A DNA stretch of 64,000 bases from Klebsormidium nitens (taxonomy: Eukaryota; Plantae; Klebsormidiophyceae). Below are positions 61,901-64,000 of the stretch, one piece after another; within the stretch, counting starts at the first letter, position 1; every line of letters starts with the position of its first letter. Under the pieces are notes generated by a model. That model did no database searches and had not been told where the DNA came from. It saw only the letters and a list, made by a program, of their open reading frames with translations. The stretch spans positions 131,480 through 195,479 of the forward strand of contig DF237004.1 of the NCBI GenBank assembly GCA_000708835.1, given 5' to 3'. The translations under genes were made by a program, and so were the position numbers.

Positions 61901-64000
61901 AGTGTTTTGATTCGATGTTGCGGATGGCGTGTGAAAATAGTCTCCAGTCCACCTTGCTGGAGGAGAAGCAGTGTCTGCTCCTTTTCGTCTGGCCACCGTT
62001 CCGTCTTGTGGCCCCATAGCTGCTCTGACACTCTTTCGCAGATCCAACTTCTGCTCGTTTTTCTAGGGACTCCTCTTCGCCAGTAACTTCCACCCATCCT
62101 TTTTGAGGCCCAACAAACATCCCCACACTTTCAAGCCGCATCGCGTGCAGCAAATCTCCCCACTGCTGGTCTGGTCTTTCTCCTTCCGTCGACTTTGCTT
62201 CATCAAATTCTCCAAAGCCTTCTCTTTAAAAACGATTTTCTGCCCCCCCAGATCCTGGGCAACCTCCCGACGGTGTACCTCCACCTGTCCGTCTGCAAGC
62301 TCCAGTCCCTGAGCGCGGTTCTCGACAGCTTGACCCGCCCCGAGGCGCAGCCCACGTCAAACCTTGCGTCGAGCATCCTCAGCGCAACCCCTCCAGGTCA
62401 GTTCCACTGCATATGGGCTTTCTTTCACATTCTGTCTTCCTAGCAAGTGTCTTGCTCTGGTCCTGCTTCTCATTGTTTTGCCAGCAAACGCTTGGTGCTC
62501 ATCTTTGTCTCTGCTCTTGCTCTGTGACGCCGGCGTGCACTTTGCCCGACCTGTCCCGAGTTTGCGTCTCCAAGCACCACTGCTCATCTCTTTGCTTGTT
62601 CGCTCTGCTCTGTCCGAAAGTCCTGACTTGAAGCATCCTAAGGACAGCGAAAATGTGCTGAAGCCACCTCTCTGTGCTGATAATCTTATTCGCCCTTTCT
62701 CTCAGGTCCTCCTTCCGGGCTCCCCTCATTCACACCCCCGCCCGCGCAATGGGCTCTCAGCCCCTACGAAACGCCGTCAGCCGTCGAGACGGGGGCCGCT
62801 CGGAGGAGCGAGAGACTAAGCTTCGTGGAACCCAAGGGGGGGGTAAAGGAAACGGGGGACGCGGAGGGGCAGGCCCCCCTGGTAGAGTTAAGGTTGTGCG
62901 TGGAGGCGGCGGCGGTCGAAGTGAGCCTGGGGGAGGCGCTAGTGCCAACTGTGGTAGGGGGAGGTGGATTCGTGGATGGGAAGGTCGTGCTGCAGCTCAG
63001 CGGGGCCTGCATCGGGTGAGGTTCTTTGGGGTACATGTATCTTGGACAGAAATAATTCTGAATGGTTTGGGAAGACAATGATTGTCAGCAGTTCATCCTG
63101 ACGTCTCTTGGAGACTAGATAGGGGAGCTTTGCTTCGATTAGGTTGCTATTGCACTGTTTCTCGATTGCAAGTTTGCTGAGCTCAGACTCTTCCAGAAAG
63201 TCGAAGCTAATTGGAGGTGTTTGTCAGTTGAGCTCATGACTGAAAGGTGGTTCTTCCGTTTCCTGGAAACGTGCCGACAAGTCCGTCAGCTAGTTCTCGA
63301 CTTCCATTGATCTTTCTTTCAGTAACTTGGTGCGGGAGTCTCTCTTTCAGCTTCGTCAAGAGGGACGTATGCCCCTATGACCTCAAACACGCTGCATCAC
63401 GTAGCTTTTGACACCTGTTCTTCTCTTCTTTCTAGGTTCAAGCAACTGCCGCTCCGGAGCACCCTCGACCTCACGCTGGCTTCCTGTCACATCGAAGACT
63501 TCTCCAAACCCCTGTACAGCGCACAGCGCTTCCTGCTGCAGCCTTCTCCCTCCAAGCAACAATCTCCGCTATCCCCAGACATCCCCAGATCGCAGCAAAC
63601 TCCAGAAATGCGAGAACCCTTCGACTCGGACGCCCCTTTTGGAAGCGACTCCAGCGTCGTTTCCTTTCGTCTTGGTTCCGCTGAGGATCCGGACGGAACT
63701 TCCGTGTCCGAGTTCAGCGTCCGACTTGCGGAGTTTGTCTTCCAATGCAACCGCGCAACGCTCGCCGCAATAACAGCGTTCGCTCAAGCCGTGGGTGCGA
63801 CCGAAGTTCCAGTCACCCCCAATAATGAGCACGCATCTGCCCGCCCCGAGGCTCTCGCGAGCATCGGCGAAGCACCGACTAGTCCAAAAGCCAGCACTTT
63901 TGTAAATAGCAGCTCGCCCTTCATCACTCCGGTAAAACCTGGACTGTTTGATGTCCAGTCGACGGCTTCCGACGTGCCACGTGGCAGGCAGACCGCGGCT
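49938..64000 (+). CDS. VPS13: Vacuolar protein sorting 13 (chorein-N lipid transfer protein, closest to plant VPS13S/SHRUBBY); multi-exon, runs off the window end
   Basis: MFEGFVYQLLAGYLGHYVKDIQREQLRIGLWS|GVALLENVEIRLEAFDYLQLPFAIQSG|TIGKLQLQVPWKRLGWDPIIVALEDV; IIDNVQVAVKNIHIKYED; WWQYAINAVL; LEKMEEKLDVEDITFFRSWAE; VAIQPLEIVYSPAFI; FQINVHAPLLIIPE; LYDRFHFEVKDLQ. Confidence 0.95.
58291..58681 (+). repeat. ~158-bp tandem repeat (two full copies plus one diverged partial) spanning a VPS13 intron/exon acceptor
   Basis: CACTGACATCATTCCGTT(T/C)CGTTCGCTCGATCGCAG|AATTCC(A/G)CGG(T/C)GCCGATTCCGCTGGA(C/T)AGCACGGACGCGT(T/C)CAGCCTGCTGAAGCTGAGC occurs with acceptors at 58463 and 58621, with a diverged copy whose acceptor is at 58315. 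Confidence 0.95.

Overview
Eukaryotic, intron-rich nuclear DNA from a flagellated green alga. VPS13S-type and plant-type complex I B14.5b sequences plus an intact CFAP45 point to an early streptophyte such as Klebsormidium (inference). The ORF track mostly catches exon fragments, so gene models were built by hand from GT/GC-AG boundaries and phase continuity. Contents in order: 3' part of an Arg/Glu-rich RRM gene; a poorly resolved minus-strand gene head-to-head with CFAP45; an 11-exon CFAP45; a frameshifted, apparently intron-containing VapC/PIN ribonuclease-like gene of prokaryotic type; a partial minus-strand spliced gene; a long uncharacterised multi-exon gene spanning a 465-N gap; two tandem paralogues of a secreted, probably GPI-anchored beta-propeller/Cys-rich/Pro-rich protein; a long coiled-coil gene; complex I subunit B14.5b/NDUFC2 divergent from a 3'-truncated VPS13. 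The most unusual observations are the VapC-like remnant, decoy 3' splice sites made by tandem duplication in both CFAP45 and VPS13, inverted intronic repeats bracketing a GC-donor exon of CFAP45, and a strand-specific G-free tract that looks like C-to-T hypermutation or an artefact. No rRNA, tRNA or CRISPR array was seen. All homology calls come from recalled family motifs, not database searches.
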